Source of the DNA: Octopus sinensis
Lineage: Eukaryota
Assembly: GCF_006345805.1 (NCBI RefSeq)
Contig: NC_043013.1
Location: 28,086,001-28,150,000 of the forward strand
Reading direction: 5' to 3'
DNA: 64,000 nt
Positions 24,805-36,955 of this stretch are shown here, piece by piece. The position numbers and the translations under genes were made by a program. The notes beneath the pieces are model-generated. The model saw only the letters and a list, made by a program, of their open reading frames with translations, had not been told where the DNA came from and ran no database searches. Numbering within the stretch: the stretch's first letter is position 1; every line of letters begins with the position of its first letter.

Positions 24805-25200
24805 GGAAGAAAGAAGAAGAAGAAGAAAAAAAGAGCGAAGAGAAGAAGAAGAAGAAGAAAAGAAGAAGAAGAAGAAGAAGAAGAAGAAGAAAGAAGAAGA
24901 AGAAGAAGAGAAGAGAAGAAGAAGAAGAAGAAGACGAAGAAGAAGAAGAAGAAGAAGAAGAAGACGAAGAGAAGAAGAAGAAGAAGAAGAAGAAGAAGAA
25001 GAAGAAAAAGACAAGAGAAGAGAAGAAGAAGAAGAAGAAGAAGAAGAAAGAAGAGAAGAAGAAGAAGAAGAAGAAAAGAAGAAGAAGAAGAAGAAAAGAA
25101 TAAGAGAAGAAGAAGAAAAGAAGAAGAAGAAGAAGAAGAAGAAGAAGAAGAAGAAGAAGAAGAAGAAGAAGAAGAAGAAGAAGAAGAAGAAGAAGAAGAA
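24805..25200 (+). repeat. Interrupted (GAA)n array of about 400 bp, last 27 units perfect
   Basis: Directly visible; 25120-25200 is uninterrupted GAA. Confidence 0.97.
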
Positions 25201-25490
25201 TATTATGACATAGCAGTGCCAGGAGATCAACATATCTTGAAAGAAAGAGAAAAAGTTGATAAATATGGAAACCTGAGAATTGAGATTGCTCAGATGTGGC
25301 AGCTATGAGAGTCAAACATAAAGACTATCCCTATTGTCATCAGAGCATTGGGTTCAATACCACCCAATCTGAAAAAAAACATTTGAAAACCTTAGGGACA
25401 AGTACAAACCCCCAGCAGACACAATATCTTCAATCAGCACCCTCACAATATTGTATACTGTGCGACATTTATAATAATAATAATGATAAT
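25201..25490 (+). mobile_element. 5'-truncated Dong/R4-clade LINE, restriction-like endonuclease C-terminus (pseudogenised)
   Basis: Translates DIAVPGDQHILKEREKVDKYGNLRIEIAQMWQL*ESNIKTIPIVIRALGSIPPNLKK then frameshift HLKTLG; this is the D.AVP..K..KY..L..EI..MW..IP+V+GALG signature. (TAA)n follows at the 3' end. Confidence 0.85.
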
Positions 25491-25502
25491 AATACGAATA
25501 AG

Positions 25503-25690
25503 AATTTCTAATTTTGGCATAAGGCTATTAATTTTGAGGGGAGGGGGCAAACTGATTACATCAACCACAGTACTTGATGAGACTTTATTTTATCAACCCT
25601 GAAAGGATATAAGATAAAAGGTGATTTTGGAGGAATTTGAATTTAGCACGTAAGGAACTAGAAAAAATAGCATTAAACATTTTGTCCAAA
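25503..25690 (-). mobile_element. Family B SINE, diverged
   Basis: ttttatcaaccctgaaaggat..ggaatttgaatt core. Confidence 0.7.
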
Positions 25691-25822
25691 GCAGCAATGA
25701 AACAGGTGAAAGAAAAAGTTGGTCCCTGGATGGATTTGAACTTCAGAAATAATGAAATACCACAAACTATTTTGTCCAATCCTCTACCAACTCTGCCAAC
25801 CACCATTTTAATAATAGCAACA

Positions 25823-25854
<32 letters not shown>

Positions 25855-26507
25855 GATTATGATGATAATCCTACCCAGAGGCAAGGTAGCATTACACATA
25901 TATACATAACCCGATTCTGAAGATTTTTTGGGAAAAAAACACATAAACCAGATTTCAAGAGAGCAATTTTATATTGAATTATGAAACAAAAAGATTATAC
26001 AAGCTTTATGTATGTATATAGTAGTATGTAATGTTGCGTATATCTTTTACATACATATACGCAAAGTATACACACACACACACACACGTAAGTATGAGTA
26101 CACTGTTGCCTTTGTGCTTCTGTAGTGTGTGTGTGTGTGTGTGTGTACTGTTGCTTTGTGTTTCTGTAGCAAAAAACATTGTATTTTTTAGAGGTTTTCT
26201 TTTGTGATTTTGGGGTTGTTTCTTTTAAAACTTAACTGCATACAAAGAAATTTCTGTCATCATTTTTGGCATTTTTTTTTTTTTTGTTTCTTATTTTTCA
26301 GCTTTAGCTTTGTTTTCTGGTTTTTTTTTTTTTTTTTTAGTTTTCATTTTTAAATACCTACATATTTCGAAAAGAAAAAAGAACAACAAATAAGTGGGCA
26401 CACAATGGTGGTGGGTATGGATGGAGCTGAAGAAAAGATTTATTATAGAGAAGAGGAGCAGAATGTACATACAAAAAATATAAAAATAAAAGTTTACCAA
26501 TGACATA

Positions 26508-26579
<72 letters not shown>

Positions 26580-26755
26580 CTTTCCTGTTTTTATATTTCT
26601 TTTTAAAGAAGAATCGTATTCCTAGAATTTTCTGCTCCAGGAGACTCTTGTTTGTTATAAAACAATTTCAACTATTATTATATCATATGACTAACATATT
26701 CAACTGGAAGATAGCTACATTACAAGGGTTGACATCTATATCGTCATCATCATCA

Positions 26756-26811
<56 letters not shown>

Positions 26812-26815
<4 letters not shown>

Positions 26816-27040
26816 CGAGCTAGCAGTATCATTAGTGTTGGACAAAATGCTTAACGGCGTTTCTTCTGACTCAGTTTACATTCTATGTTCAAATTCTACC
26901 AAGGTCAACTTTGCCTTTCAACATTTTGGGGTCAATAAGATAAAGTACAACTTAAGTACGGAAAGGAGAGGGCAATCAATGTAATCAGCTATCCCCTCTC
27001 CAAAATTTCAGGCCTTGTACTTATAGCATAAAGGATTATC
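26812..27040 (+). mobile_element. Family B SINE
   Basis: gtgacgagctagcag head, gttcaaattctaccaaggtcaactttgcctttc core, ggccttgtacttatagcataaaggattatc tail. Confidence 0.85.
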
Positions 27041-27410
27041 ATCATCATCATCATCATCATCATCATCGTTTAGCATCCGCTTTCCATGCTAGCATGGGTT
27101 GGACGGTTCAACTGGGGTCTGGAATGCCAGAAGGCTGCACCAGGCCCAGTCTGATCTGACAATGTTTCTACGGCTGGATGCCCTTCCTAACGCCAACCAC
27201 TCCGTGAGTGTAGTGGGTGCTTTTTACGTGCCACCGGCACAGGTGCCAGACGAGGCTGCCAAACGGCCACGATTGGATGGTGCTTTTTACATGCCACAGG
27301 CATGAGGCCAATCGGGGTGGCGCTGGCAACGGCCACGTTCGGATGGTTGTCTTACATACCACCGGCACTGGTATCACAGCCGCAATTTCCATTGATGTTG
27401 ATCGATTTCG
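27040..27410 (-). mobile_element. Family C retroposon, young CpG-rich copy with internal repeats
   Basis: (CAT)n tail; close similarity to 40581-40842; motif tgctttttac(g/a)tgccac recurs internally. Confidence 0.9.
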
Positions 27411-27442
<32 letters not shown>

Positions 27443-27484
27443 TATTATTATTATTATTATTATTATCATTACTATTATTATTAT

Positions 27485-27783
27485 GAAGGCACATGGCCAT
27501 GTGGTTAGGGTGTTGCACTCACAATTGCTAAATTGTGATTTCAATTCCTAGACCGGGTGGTGCATTGTGTTCTTAAGCAAAACACTTCATCTCACATTGC
27601 TCTTTTGATCACTTCAACACCTGACACGTGGTACACTGTGCACTTGTTCGGACAATGTCTATTTGATGGAGAGTGAGTGAGCTAATGTGCGGCATGAACA
27701 TTTCATAACAATAAACAAATCATTTGGGCTGGTTATCCGGCAAAACAGCTGAATGCTCATACGTCGTCTTCAACAGGAGAGTC
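27485..27783 (+). mobile_element. Family D-type head with an alternative 3' tail
   Basis: gaaggcacatggccatgtggttagg..gtgttcttaagcaaaacacttcatctcac, then a tail unlike 52714-53065. Confidence 0.7.
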
Positions 27784-28630
27784 TTTCATTATTATTATTA
27801 TTATTATCATCATCATTATTATTATCATCATTATTATTATTATCATTATTATTATTACTATTATTATTATTAGACATTTACATATTGGGTAATTTTATGT
27901 GTTACTGAAATGTTTGTGTCTCTGATGCCCTCATGGCAAATAAGCAATTATTATTGTTGTCCCAAGTTACATAGATTTCTAATTAGTAAAATCAGTTTCT
28001 TCTTTTGCATTTCTTTCATTACATGTGTAAAGTCAGACCATTGTGCTTCAAGTTACATTTAACTGTTTGCATTCATCAATTGCCAGTATTTTCGTATGAA
28101 AGCACCAAAGTAAGATAAGTTGTGACTAACATTTTTTACAAAGATTATACTCCTAAGAAATAAGCAGACTAAAATCAGGCTTTAGTGTCTGTTACTATAT
28201 TCTATAGCATACAAGTTGATGTGGTTTATAAACATCAAAGCATCATCACTATCTTACTAAATCCTGCTGCATTTCAGATGGAATTTTGGGACCTCCAAAG
28301 TCATCCTAGTATAGAAACCCACCCACTTTTTGGGGGTTGTAAATATTGGTCTGAATAAATCAACATGTATGCCAGAAAATACAGTACTTGTTCAACAATG
28401 TCTTGAGAGATATCTACTGCAAACAGTAGCAGAATGGAACAATTCAGAGTTCTGCAAGCCAGGGTGTAGTAGAACTACTGAGGAAAGATGAAGACAAGTG
28501 GAACATCATCAGTAATTTCCTATCCATAATTCTGCAGAATGTGAAATTAAAGACTTTGGTTGCGGTGCCAGCAACGTAGTTGTGGGTAGTGTGGATTGGG
28601 AAGTGCAATTCTTTCCACCCAAACAAATAA

Positions 28631-28860
28631 CATCATCATCATCAACATTCAACATTGATTTTCCATGCTGGCATGGGTTGGACAGCTTGACAGGAACTGG
28701 CAAAGCCAGGTGCTGCACCACGTTCTATAGTCTCTTTTGTTTGATTTCTATAGTTGGATGCCGTTCCTAATACCAACCATTCCACAGAGTATAGAGGTTG
28801 CTTTTTACATGGCACCATCACCAGTACTTTTTATGAGGCACCAGCACCAACACCAGTGCT
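28631..28860 (-). mobile_element. Family C retroposon
   Basis: catcatcatc..ttccatgctggcatgggttggacag..ggatgccgttcctaataccaacc. Confidence 0.8.
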
Positions 28861-29217
28861 AAGACTAGCAAATTTTAAGGAGCAGGGTAGTCAATTACAG
28901 CAACCCCAGCAATTGACTGGTACTTCGTTTTATTCACCCTGAAAGGATGAAAGGTAAAGTTGACACCAGTGGGATTCAAACTCAGGACATAAAGAGCCAG
29001 AAGAAATGTTACTTAGCATTTTGTCTAACATGCTAACAATTCCCTCAACTCACTGCCCTAATAATAATAATAATAATAATGGTTTTAAAGTTTGCTACAA
29101 GGGAGTCATTTTGGGGGAGGGAGTGAGTCAATTACATCAATCCCAGTGTTTCACTGGTACATAGTTTATTGACTCTGAAAAGATGAAAGGTAAAGTCGAT
29201 CCCAGCAGAATTTGAAC
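28861..29217 (-). mobile_element. Two tandem family B SINE copies
   Basis: Core ccctgaaaggatgaaaggtaaagt at about 28938 and ctgaaaagatgaaaggtaaagtcg at about 29175, separated by (TAA)n. Confidence 0.8.
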
Positions 29218-29255
29218 AACAGCGGTGGCGGCAGCAACAATGACGACAACAACAA

Positions 29256-30470
29256 GGCAGTGGATCTCATGGTTTCTGGATTTAACTGATTGGAAGTGTT
29301 ATCATGTACATTGCGTTGTCTTGGTCTAAAAGAAGGGCTAAAGCAAATATTCTGCTGAATACTACAGATTTGCTTGTCAGTTTTTTTACCATAACCTGTG
29401 CATCTCTGATCTTTGGGGTTTGGATAATTCACCTTTGGAAACATGGATGCTTTGTTCAATATCCTTAAACAACCCTTACTCAGGGACCTTTTGAGCGGGA
29501 AGAAAATTCTAACTGGGTCTCACCTGCAAGATCATATGCTGCTTATATTGATATTAGCTTAAAAGCTCCCCTATCAGATGGTTTTTAAGCTAGCTCCCGT
29601 GGAAGGCTCTTCATTAGGCCTTGGGCCCAACAATGATACTTCATGCATTGAGTACATATCAAATTTTATTAAACTTGACCAATGTTTTTCCAGCAATGAA
29701 CAATTTTCATCAAAACAATGATATGATTTGTCAACTCGGAACTTATTGCAAAGCTGCATGATAAACAACAATACCACCACCATCACCACCATACACACAC
29801 CATTCAGACTTCTGATGCTACCAACATCAATACCTCTGACTTTGCCGCCTTCCTCTCTACCAACATCACCACAATCTTTCACATTGCTTACTCACACCAT
29901 CATCCCTCATTGCCTTGGCTACCACCACCACCACCACCATCACCATCACTGCCACCTCCGCCTCTATCACAACTACAGCTCATACTATTACACTCACCCT
30001 GTTACCATCATGAAAAGGCTAAATGTTTGTTTGTTCTGTATGTTAGTTCAGTGTTCAGTCCCTCTTTCTCTCTCTCTCTTATTATTACTCCCACTGCCAC
30101 CATCAACACTACTACTTTTAATAAAACATCATCAACTCTCCCTAAAATTCTGTCTCTCTTTCTCTCCCTCTCTCTCTGTTTTCGCCACCACCCTCACCAT
30201 CTCTCTGTCTATTATTATTCTCACCCCAACATGAGCAGTAGTAGAAGTATCATTAAATAGTAAGAGAGGTGGGGGTCAAAGTGTGACACACTGACACACA
30301 GAAATTAGTTTTCACATTTAGTATATTAGATGAGATCACCGTGTTGCACACATATGGTTATGTTGCATGTGCCTGGTATCCCCTAATCAGATGAATAGTC
30401 ATGATGGGTATACTGGTCTTCGTATATTTGTACCCCAGTGTCACTTTGATGGCATGCACTGCTCTCTCAC

Positions 30471-30510
<40 letters not shown>
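29256..30510 (+). mobile_element. Family E interspersed repeat ending in (AAT)n, split by a 777-bp insertion (halves 29256-29553 and 30331-30510)
   Basis: Both halves are collinear with the uninterrupted copy at 45487-46100 (ttgata|tgaga.cacc junction). Confidence 0.85.
29554..30330 (-). mobile_element. Putative non-autonomous Helitron-like insertion
   Basis: Minus strand A|TCTAAT...AAGCTAA|T, no host bases lost or gained versus the intact copy; 10-bp stem tagcttaaaa/ttttaagcta at the 3' end. Alternative reading: a 7-bp ATATTAG direct repeat at both ends. Confidence 0.45.
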
Positions 30511-30511
<1 letters not shown>

Positions 30512-30700
30512 CTTATCTTCCACAGGCAGAAGGCCCGAAATTTGGGTGGTGGGGTAAGCCAATTACATCAACCCCAGTGCCCAACTGGTACTTATTTCAT
30601 TGACCCCAAAAGGATGAAAGGCAAAGTTGACCTTAGCAGAATTTGAACTCAGAACATAAAGACAGGCAAAATGCTAACGATTCTGCCAGCTCACCACCTT
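30511..30700 (-). mobile_element. Family B SINE
   Basis: tgaccccaaaaggatgaaaggcaaagttgacc core. Confidence 0.85.
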
Positions 30701-30867
30701 ATATGATGATTATAATGATAATAATAAAGTTACTATTTCTATAACTCCACTGACCTTTATTAAAGGACATAACATGATATGAATGATAGTGTTTGATGTT
30801 ATGATAATCAAACCAGCAGCACAATATATATACATATATATACATACATACATACACACAAATAAAT

Positions 30868-30941
<74 letters not shown>

Positions 30942-32142
30942 TAAAAAAAGAAAACAGTTCACTCTTCAACTGTATCTCATTACCCAGGATATACTTGTTC
31001 TACCACCATTACCATAGTCAACATTCCAATAAAGTACCCCACCCCCTACTTTTACCCTCCAACAAGCTTAATGGCTGCTACTGCCCACCTCTATCCTCTC
31101 CACCCATGCCCATCTTCATACTCTTCACTCCTGTGTTCTGCATGTATAAACACACCAACAATAATATACACAAGGCGAGATGGATGTATCTTACCATTCA
31201 AATTCGGGGGGGGGGCACTTTTTTTTTTTTTTACATGCTTTTTTTTTAAATTTTGGTAATACAGAACTTCCTTGTCGTTTGCACCATACAGATGCCATGC
31301 CATCTAGCTAAATTACCAACACATTTCACCTAGTTTGCAGACTGACATTCCTGAAAGTCTTGTGACACCTATGTAAATGTTAATATCCCTGCTGCTACCA
31401 CTGCCACCACTACCACCAACATCCCATCGCCTGTCCTTCCATGCTTAACAAGTATAGGTGGTATGTAAGTATGCAACGTCTCCATTAAATAATTAATTGA
31501 CAGGTTATTTGTATGGATGTACATGTGTGTATATATGGTGTGTGCATGCAAAAATGTCTATATGTGCATGTATGCAAGAGCATTTCCGTATGTGCATGTG
31601 TTTCGTTTGCCTCTTTGTTCCAGGTGTCTAATGTGCTCATCAAACTAAAAATTAAATAAAAATTCTTTTAAAAGTGCCTCGGTGAACATCACACCAAACC
31701 TGGCATAAAATTCATTCCCTCAACTGTGTGAAAAAACGATAATTTGCACATGGGATCTGCTTACTTACATGAAAAAATGCATGTCTAAATAAACATCATT
31801 AGAATAAATGTGAGAATGTGCTGAGGAAATGCTTGACAGCAAAGTTATAATAGAAAATTTTTCTCTTAAATAATGTAAACAAACTTACAATAATATGTTT
31901 TAAAATAAGGCAGATGCTTCGCAAATTCCCCAAAGGCTCATAAGTATATGTGATTTGATCTAGATTTAAGTTTAGAATGTTACAAAATTGCAATCAAAAT
32001 ACTCAGAAAGATTGAGGTGCACTAAGGGATGTAGAATTATGTCCACTATCTAAATACACAAGAAAATGCCTGCAGTGAAATTGAACTCATGAACTTCAAG
32101 TTGTTGGTCCAGCACTGTATCAACTAAGCCATTTTACTTTAT

Positions 32143-32362
32143 ATCATCATCATTATTTAACATCTGCTTTTCTTGAATAAGTCAAATGGAATTTGTTGTG
32201 GTAGATTTTCTACAGCTGGATGCCCTTCCTGTCACCAACCCATATCTGTTTCCAAGTAAGGTAATATTTCTTCATGGATAGACATGTTTTTCAGGGAAGA
32301 CTGGAAACAAACAACATTGCTTATGTAACAGCATTGCTTCATGCAATGTCAAGACAAGGGTA

Positions 32363-32442
<80 letters not shown>

Positions 32443-32530
32443 TGCATGCACAACAGACTTCTTTCAATTTCCATCTACCAAATCCGCTCACAAGGCTTTG
32501 GTTGCCCCAGGGTTGTAGTAGTTGGGAAGT
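32143..32530 (-). mobile_element. SINE with family A head remnant, (TG)n linker and C-type tail
   Basis: Continuous: catcatcat..ctacagctggatgcccttcctgtc..(CA)n..ttctttcaatttccatctaccaaatccgctcacaaggctttgg. Confidence 0.8.
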
Positions 32531-33418
32531 GATATCAAATTCAAATGAGACAATTGTAACTTGATGTAATAAAAGGACTTGCTCACTCCATTCTCCTTGT
32601 TAATAATTGTAAAGAAGTCCATGTAGTCTACTAGTGTCAAATAATCTGATGGATGAATAACATCCTTCACTCTTTCACTACAACATGAAGTTCACCCTCT
32701 TCTCCATTCCGCATCATCTTTTTGTCTTCTACCAATACTGTCATAACCCTTGATACTTGCAATTACCTAAATGGGTACAACTCCAATGCACCTGTATTTT
32801 CCTTTCTATTCTCCCTTCTACTAAACCCCCATATCATCTGTGATACCATATTAAAACCTCAGACCAATTCTTCCTTTGCAGAATTATAACCTTCTGGAAC
32901 TTTCTTCATACAAAACTTTGGACGAAAACATAACTATCTGCAAGCAACTTTAAAACTATGGCTAAATTTCTTTCTTCTCCTCCTTAAATTAAATACTTGA
33001 AAAGCAATATTTACTCAATGGCCTATTCCTCATTCTGAAAGAAAAACAAAATGGTCATATGACTCGGTAAATAACACAGACCTTGGAGTGAGAGGGGAAG
33101 TCACTAAGTCAATGAAAAAGTCATGAACAGCAACGAAAGAACTTTGACTAACAAACAACCAACTGATTGTTTAATCAACACATTAAACAAACGATTGATT
33201 AGTTAGTTGGTTGGATATTTAACCAATTGATTAACAATAAAGAAGTGGAATTGAACCGGTGTGTGTGTTATTATTTTTGGCATCTCTCCCAAGGCACAAA
33301 ATCTTCAGCATTACTAATCATTCTTCTTTCTTGAAGACGATACTTCTTTTGAAACAGACTTTACACTTTCATATGCAGCATCTCTCTCTCCCTTTCTCTC
33401 TCTCCCTCTCTCTCTCTC

Positions 33419-33479
<61 letters not shown>

Positions 33480-34690
33480 CACACACACACACAGATTACA
33501 TTCTTCTTGAATAATAAAGATGGGTTTGCCATTGACTTCTAAGTATTTTTTTAAGGGAAGTTAATCCCTGAAATAGATCATATTTGATTGCTGAAATTAA
33601 TCAAATTTCTCACTTGTGAAGTTTCAATTAAATTTTTAAAGAAAAAAGCTTTCATTTATTAATTTATGAAAGCCAAAAGAAAAAATAAAAGTGGGGGTAT
33701 CAAACATTCAGCTAGACAGAACTTGTACATATTCATTTCTTTAAATAACTATTGTTTGTGGTTACTTTTGCTTGGCCTAATCTGATGTGATTTTCTTTGG
33801 ATAAGGTACAAAACCAGTTTTCTCTGAACAGGAATATAAGCAACAGAACTGACTCATGGTATTTATTTTACTGATTTTGGATGGAAAAAATGTGAAATAA
33901 AATCATGAAAGGACTTGATTTTAGAATTCAAGGAACCATTAACTAAATACCATTTCTTGTGCAAATTGAATTGTTTCAGTAGAAAACTATCACTGTTGTT
34001 TTATGGTGATGAATATTGACAGAATTGAACCCGGTGAACATAGTGAAGAGAGACAGGTGATAAAGAATGGTCACCTTCCACCAACAGGTGTGGGAATAAA
34101 AAACAGTGGTTCAGCATATAACTTAGCAGTTTGGCAGAAAGAAACCAATAGAATAAGTTCCAGGTTTAAGATGAAAAAATTAATAAGTATTGGGGTTGAT
34201 TCATTTGCCTAAATTCTTCACAGCGGTGCCCCAGCATGACCGTAGTCTATCAACTGAAACAAGTAAAGATATAAAAGATATAGGTGGAGGTACTGATCCT
34301 GAATCTGCATCCATTTGTAGCAGTGCATTGCTTTTAATGTTAATGAATATTATTGATTACTGAAGGAAGGTGAGGTTGGCAGAAATAATTAAAATAATAA
34401 GCTAAATACTTAACTCATTGAGATTTTTCATCTATAAGCTGCAAGAGATGGCTTTACTTTTCTCGACTACTCTATTTATCCTTATCTCAGTTTGATAAAA
34501 TAAGTACAAGAGTGGTTTTTACTAACCGGTAGTCATATACCTGAAGAAGCAAGTGTTTTCATATTATGAGGTAATATACATGTAATCAATGGATGCCTTA
34601 CTTTTGAAACACAAGTTGCACTGATCTGTGATTGTGTATTCTTTATATATATATATATAAATATATATATATATATTGTAATGTTCCATG

Positions 34691-35014
34691 ATGGTAAAAT
34701 CAACAAAAAAAGTACTCTATCTGATGAAAGATAAATATTAGTTAATAAACACAATCTATGTTTTTATGTGCTACCAGTAGTTTCATGTGCTGTTTTTAAC
34801 ATGTCTGGCATCCTAGCACAATCACCAGATACTGCCCACATGGCTGAGGATAGTGTCTGATGATTGTACTAAGAAACCAGACATGTTAAAAAACACTGTT
34901 TGGCATGTTCTCAGCACACGAAACTAATAGTAGCACATAAAAACACATATTGTGTTTATTAAATAAAATTTATATCTCACCAGATGGAGTAATTTTTTTT
35001 GTTGATCTTACCAT
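34691..35014. repeat. Foldback element of about 320 bp, possibly from Penelope-like termini
   Basis: Arms atggtaaaatcaacaaaaaaagtactc..tgtttttatgtgctacc and its reverse complement ..gtagcacataaaaaca..gagtaattttttttgttgatcttaccat; loop of about 18 nt; one 18-bp indel between arms. Confidence 0.85.
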
Positions 35015-35661
35015 ACACACACACACACTCTCACACACACACACCCTTCTCTCAGAAGATGACTCTCATAAATTAGATAAGAAATCAGTGTTGGCAGTAA
35101 TAACCTGGAGATGTAGAAAGAATGTTCTAAAGGAAAGCAGAGGATGAGTTGAGTATTTCAGTTATGGAAGAGCTATTTGCTTTCAAGTATGAATATTTAA
35201 TCAATTAGAATAAACAAAATACTTGCAGTTTAGCTATTTTGTTTATTTGTGTTGATATTTTTTTTTTGCTTGTTTACTTGTCCTAAAAATTAAAATATTT
35301 AATTCATCATTAGCAATGGAAGCAATATTAGTTCATTAACAACAAATTTTGCCTGTCATTTGTAAAACCAGTGATTTGTCAGTCACTGTTTTTTTTTTTT
35401 ATATCAGTGGAAGCTAAGTTTGTTTCAGCATGTGATTCATAATGAATACCTGCTACTGATGATGTGCAAAGACACAGAAATCCAGATTCAGCAATCTCAC
35501 CACCAATGCTGGATGCTTTTCATTTGGTACAGATACATTTCTGTGCTTTTTAGCACTACAGATCTATATGAGAGCTTTCACAGGACAAATACTGCAGTGT
35601 TGTGACTTTCTACAATATATCCATGTTAAGTAAGATTTACCAAAGTGTTATTCCAAAATAT

Positions 35662-35799
35662 TTAACCTTTAGCATGCTGAAGGCAAATCATGTTGCCATT
35701 TGAATTTTCTCTCCTGTGACTGCAAGTGCATTGTGTTGCATTGAGAGGGGAGAAAACTCATACAGTGACATGATTTGCCTTCAGCATGCTAAAGGTTAA
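35662..35799. mobile_element. TTAA-flanked palindromic MITE (piggyBac-like)
   Basis: Perfect 32-bp terminal inverted repeat including TTAA (ttaacctttagcatgctgaaggcaaatcatgt) plus inner ttttctctcct/aggggagaaaa pairing. Confidence 0.85.
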
Positions 35800-36525
35800 T
35801 ATTTTATCAAGTTTTATTATTTCTTTCCCTGTTCATTTGAGAAATTCAAATACAATTTTCCTTTTTGATGAGACACAAACCCAATTTCTGTAAGGTACTG
35901 ATCACTATAAAGTGGATTAAACTAATTCAAATATATTATTTGTAGTTATATAATTGATCATCATCAAGCCAAATAATATCTGAACTCAGAAGAGACAGCT
36001 AATCTAACAGATCTACCATTGAAAGCATCTTGTTTAGAGAATTACTTATGGCTAGTTCCACTCTCTCTGCTTCACAACAAACTTGGATACTTAAATACAA
36101 GGAATAAATTAAGACCAAATGTTCAAACTATTTAATTGTAACTTTTCTCCGCAAAGTTTTCAACTATTAAACTGAAATTGTAGCTTTCACATTAATCTTT
36201 TGTTTTTCTTGGTATAGTGTTTCTATTTTATTTGGGGTTTTTTTCAAAGAAACATAGATTTTAAAAGTTAACTTCTACAAAAAGTACTTTTAACAAAAGC
36301 CTTTGAGAAAAAGTGGAACAAAATGGAAAAGTATACAATGAAAATCATGACACCAAACTTGGCTCATTTGAATATCAAGTTCATTATCTCCTGTTTCTAA
36401 GTTCAATTCTTGTTAGGGTCAACACATTTGATCAATGGAATGGATGCTAAATAGTAAGGGCAAAGGAAATACCTGGAAGGACTGGAACTCAGAATGCAAA
36501 CATGCACACACATTTTAAAGAAAAG

Positions 36526-36565
<40 letters not shown>

Positions 36566-36746
36566 GACTTAGTTGATGTTGTGTGGCAATAGGAGAAAGA
36601 TATCCTTCTGAAGTGTGGGACCCAGTTTAACACAGATGATATCTGCATTAGATCTTGTATTCATTCATAATAAATGAACCTAGATAAATGCAATTAAGAA
36701 AGTAAACTTTCAGGATATATTCTGAAATACCTGTCATAGATCTGGA

Positions 36747-36955
36747 TCAACCCTATTGTTACCATAATTCTGTTGAAATATATGGCTTCTTTTTCCAATT
36801 AATTTTGAAATAAAAGAAATTAGTAATATAACTATCAATATTAATCTGGGATTTAGAATATAAATTAACATGAAATTTTGATGGAAGGTTTTAAATTGGA
36901 TCAATTTATCACAGAACTAGGGGTGGTCTTAGACAGGATTGGTATCAAAGAGTTG
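36747..36955 (+). mobile_element. piggyBac-like MITE, diverged
   Basis: tcaaccctattgttacc..ggtatcaaagagttg; homologous to 21649-21878 and 45159-45386. Confidence 0.65.

Noticed and set aside
24433-25315. Long ORFs of 192-266 aa (poly-F/S/L and poly-K/R/E)
   Set aside because: They are translations of the (GAA)n array; only the last 35 codons or so of 24730..25308 are real, from the LINE fossil.
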